Source: a virus
Direction: 5' to 3' (one strand)
Virus record (IMG/VR): IMGVR_UViG_3300045988_140091
Span: 1 to 16,602 of that record
Length of the DNA: 16,602 nt
Positions 15,281 to 16,602 of the stretch are shown one piece after another. Within the stretch, counting starts at the first letter, position 1; every line of letters starts with the position of its first letter. The translations under genes and the position numbers were made by a program. The notes beneath the pieces were generated by a model. It worked only from the letters and a program-made list of their open reading frames with translations, made no database searches and had not been told where the DNA came from.

Positions 15281-16258
15281 TTAGTTTGAACTTGCTAAAG
15301 TTCAGTTTTTAGATGTAGCTAATGATTTCTGTTCCTCAGTAAGGGTATTATAAACAGCAGAATTAAATGTAATAGTTTGAGCTGTTTCCCCAGTTAAATC
15401 AATTACAGACTCCAATACATTATTAACAGAGGATTCAGTTAAACCAGATAAATTTGTTAAATTAAAGGACTTATTTGTCACAACCCCACCAAAATCAGTC
15501 AAATTTGGCATATAATAACTAGATCCGAATGTGTATCCAAATGCAGTACCCTCTAAAGCTGTATTATTAGCTATAGTTATTTTACCTAATGATTTTAAAG
15601 ATGCACAATTCATAAACATCCTATTTGTTTGTCCACTACATTGAGGTGCATATATATCAGGTATTGTTTCTAATGATTCACAATTCTCAAATATGCCTGA
15701 AAGAGAAGTTGCTATTGAAAAATCCATAGTAGGTAATATTTTTAACCTTCTGCATCCATAGAAAGTTTGAACAAACTGTACAAGTTTTAAAGTGGCATTT
15801 ATCTCAACTAAATGTTGACAATTATAAAATAATGAAGAACCATTAGAACTAGTACTATTTAATAAGGTTATTTTAGAAATTTTATTAATAGAAGAGTAAG
15901 AATGAAATAAATCATTCATAAGTTTATTCTGACAATCAAATGTAAAAGTATCTCCTGCACCTCATTCACAACCATAGAAAAAATAATTATAATTTGATTT
16001 GTTCATTATAAAATAATTTTCTAGTTTGTCTTCTCCGCCATCTCTAAATCTATGCATATTAGAAAAACCTAATGATATTGGAATAATACTTAAATCTATT
16101 TTTCCGCCACCTCCAGACTCAATCTGTCCTATCTTATCTGCATAACTTCTAAAGGTATCTGAATCTGATACAGCAACACCTTTAGCTACAATAGCATCTT
16201 TAATGGCACTCTTAGTACCTTCAAGATACGTTAATTTATCAGAAATTGTATTTGCCAT
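15281..16258 (-). CDS. BspA-type leucine-rich-repeat protein, probable receptor-binding/tail-associated protein (325 aa, two in-frame TGA at 15962-15964 and 15302-15304)
   Basis: Track ORFs 15962..16258 and 15302..15919 share a frame (15961-15919=42), joined via ...FFYGCE[W]GAGDTFTFDCQNKLMNDLF... and extended ...ATSKN[W]TLASSN to TAA 15281-15283. Repeated F-x-x-C-x-x-L units (FYNCQHLVEI, FYGCRRLKIL, FENCESLETI, FMNCASLKSL). Confidence 0.8.
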
Positions 16259-16259
16259 A

Positions 16260-16602
16260 TTAGATATATTTAAATTTTACCCCTTTATAAGTGTCTGTTC
16301 TTCCTTTAAGACAATCTATAACTCTACTATGAGTATACCCATCTATTGATGTTTCAATTGCATTTTTATATGTTTTAACTAGTAAATCATTAATAAATAG
16401 CCCTACAGGTTTACTAATTTTATCAATACATCTATTTATTCTAGTTCCATATGTATTATTATACTTTGCATCACATCATTCTAAATTTTCTACCCTATTA
16501 TCTGTCTTATTTTCATTTATATGGTTAACATATGGTAGATTGTCAGGATTTGGAATAAATGCTTCTGCTACTAGTCTGTGAACTTTAATAGCTTTAGGTT
16601 TA
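16260..16602 (-). CDS. HNH (HNH_3-type) homing endonuclease, C-terminal 113 codons; 5' end beyond the right window edge; one in-frame TGA at 16476-16478
   Basis: Hand translation ...[41 protein letters not shown][W][74 protein letters not shown] at 16260-16262. Classic HRLVAEAF ... VNHI-x-x-x-K-x-DNR-x-x-NLEW signature with TGA at the Trp. Confidence 0.85.

Noticed and set aside
491-16602. The interrupted genes are pseudogenes or an assembly of a decaying prophage
   Set aside because: All interruptions are TGA and never TAA or TAG, even though TAA is the likeliest random stop in this AT-rich DNA. Fragments always stay in frame, and several TGAs align with conserved Trp positions. Essential genes (terL, endolysin, structural genes) are affected alike.
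491-16602. TGA read as Gly (code 25, as in Gracilibacteria/Absconditabacteria)
   Set aside because: The family motifs hit by TGA (NLEW, W-x-H, I-W-K-Y, DY-W-EYVE) call for an aromatic Trp rather than Gly. An alignment-based check is still needed.
1-16602. The phage simply shares code 4 with a Mollicutes (Mycoplasma/Spiroplasma) host
   Set aside because: The window encodes a peptidoglycan-degrading M15 endolysin plus a holin-like protein. It also shows Bacteroides-type TTTG/TAnnTTTG promoters without Shine-Dalgarno sites. That fits a walled Bacteroidota-like host better. This is not proven from the window alone.
1-16602. tRNA genes (including a suppressor tRNA), CRISPR arrays, integrase or att sites
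   Set aside because: No cloverleaf-like or T-loop (GTTCGAATC-type) sequence, no regularly spaced direct repeats and no recombinase-like ORF were found by eye on either strand. A suppressor tRNA, if any, must lie outside this window.

Overview
This is a strongly AT-rich, tightly packed bacteriophage segment. CDS coordinates include the stop codon.

Gene layout:
- Most genes are on the minus strand: terS/terL, a putative portal, neck and tail-type structural genes, a BspA-type LRR protein, a holin-like gene plus an M15 endolysin, small regulators, and three homing endonucleases.
- A short plus-strand module (8123-10280) encodes an SF2 DExH helicase-like protein and small ORFs.
- The plus module and the minus-strand regulator/terminase unit diverge from a promoter hub at about 7760-7970. 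The promoters match the Bacteroides-type -33 TTTG / -7 TAnnTTTG consensus, and no Shine-Dalgarno sequences are visible.

Main result: the standard-code ORF track fragments many genes.
- At least 21 in-frame TGA codons in 12 genes join adjacent fragments in the same frame.
- Several of these TGAs sit at positions that are conserved Trp in well-known families (NLEW of HNH endonucleases, the W-x-H block of M15 peptidases, the F/I-W-K-Y tail of GIY-YIG homing endonucleases).
- TAA and TAG are the only stops needed. The window therefore appears to be read with TGA=Trp (code-4-like recoding). No suppressor tRNA is present in the window.

Further observations:
- A T9 slippery run with a long -1 frame that is open only under the recoded table.
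- A three-copy, roughly 50-60 nt hairpin element at transcription-unit boundaries, with compensatory stem changes.
- An exact 20-bp inverted repeat shared by the divergent promoters.
- A possible two-ORF (split) sigma-like factor.
- An endolysin whose third Zn ligand lies downstream of two TGA codons.

All family assignments rest on motif recognition by eye, not on database searches.
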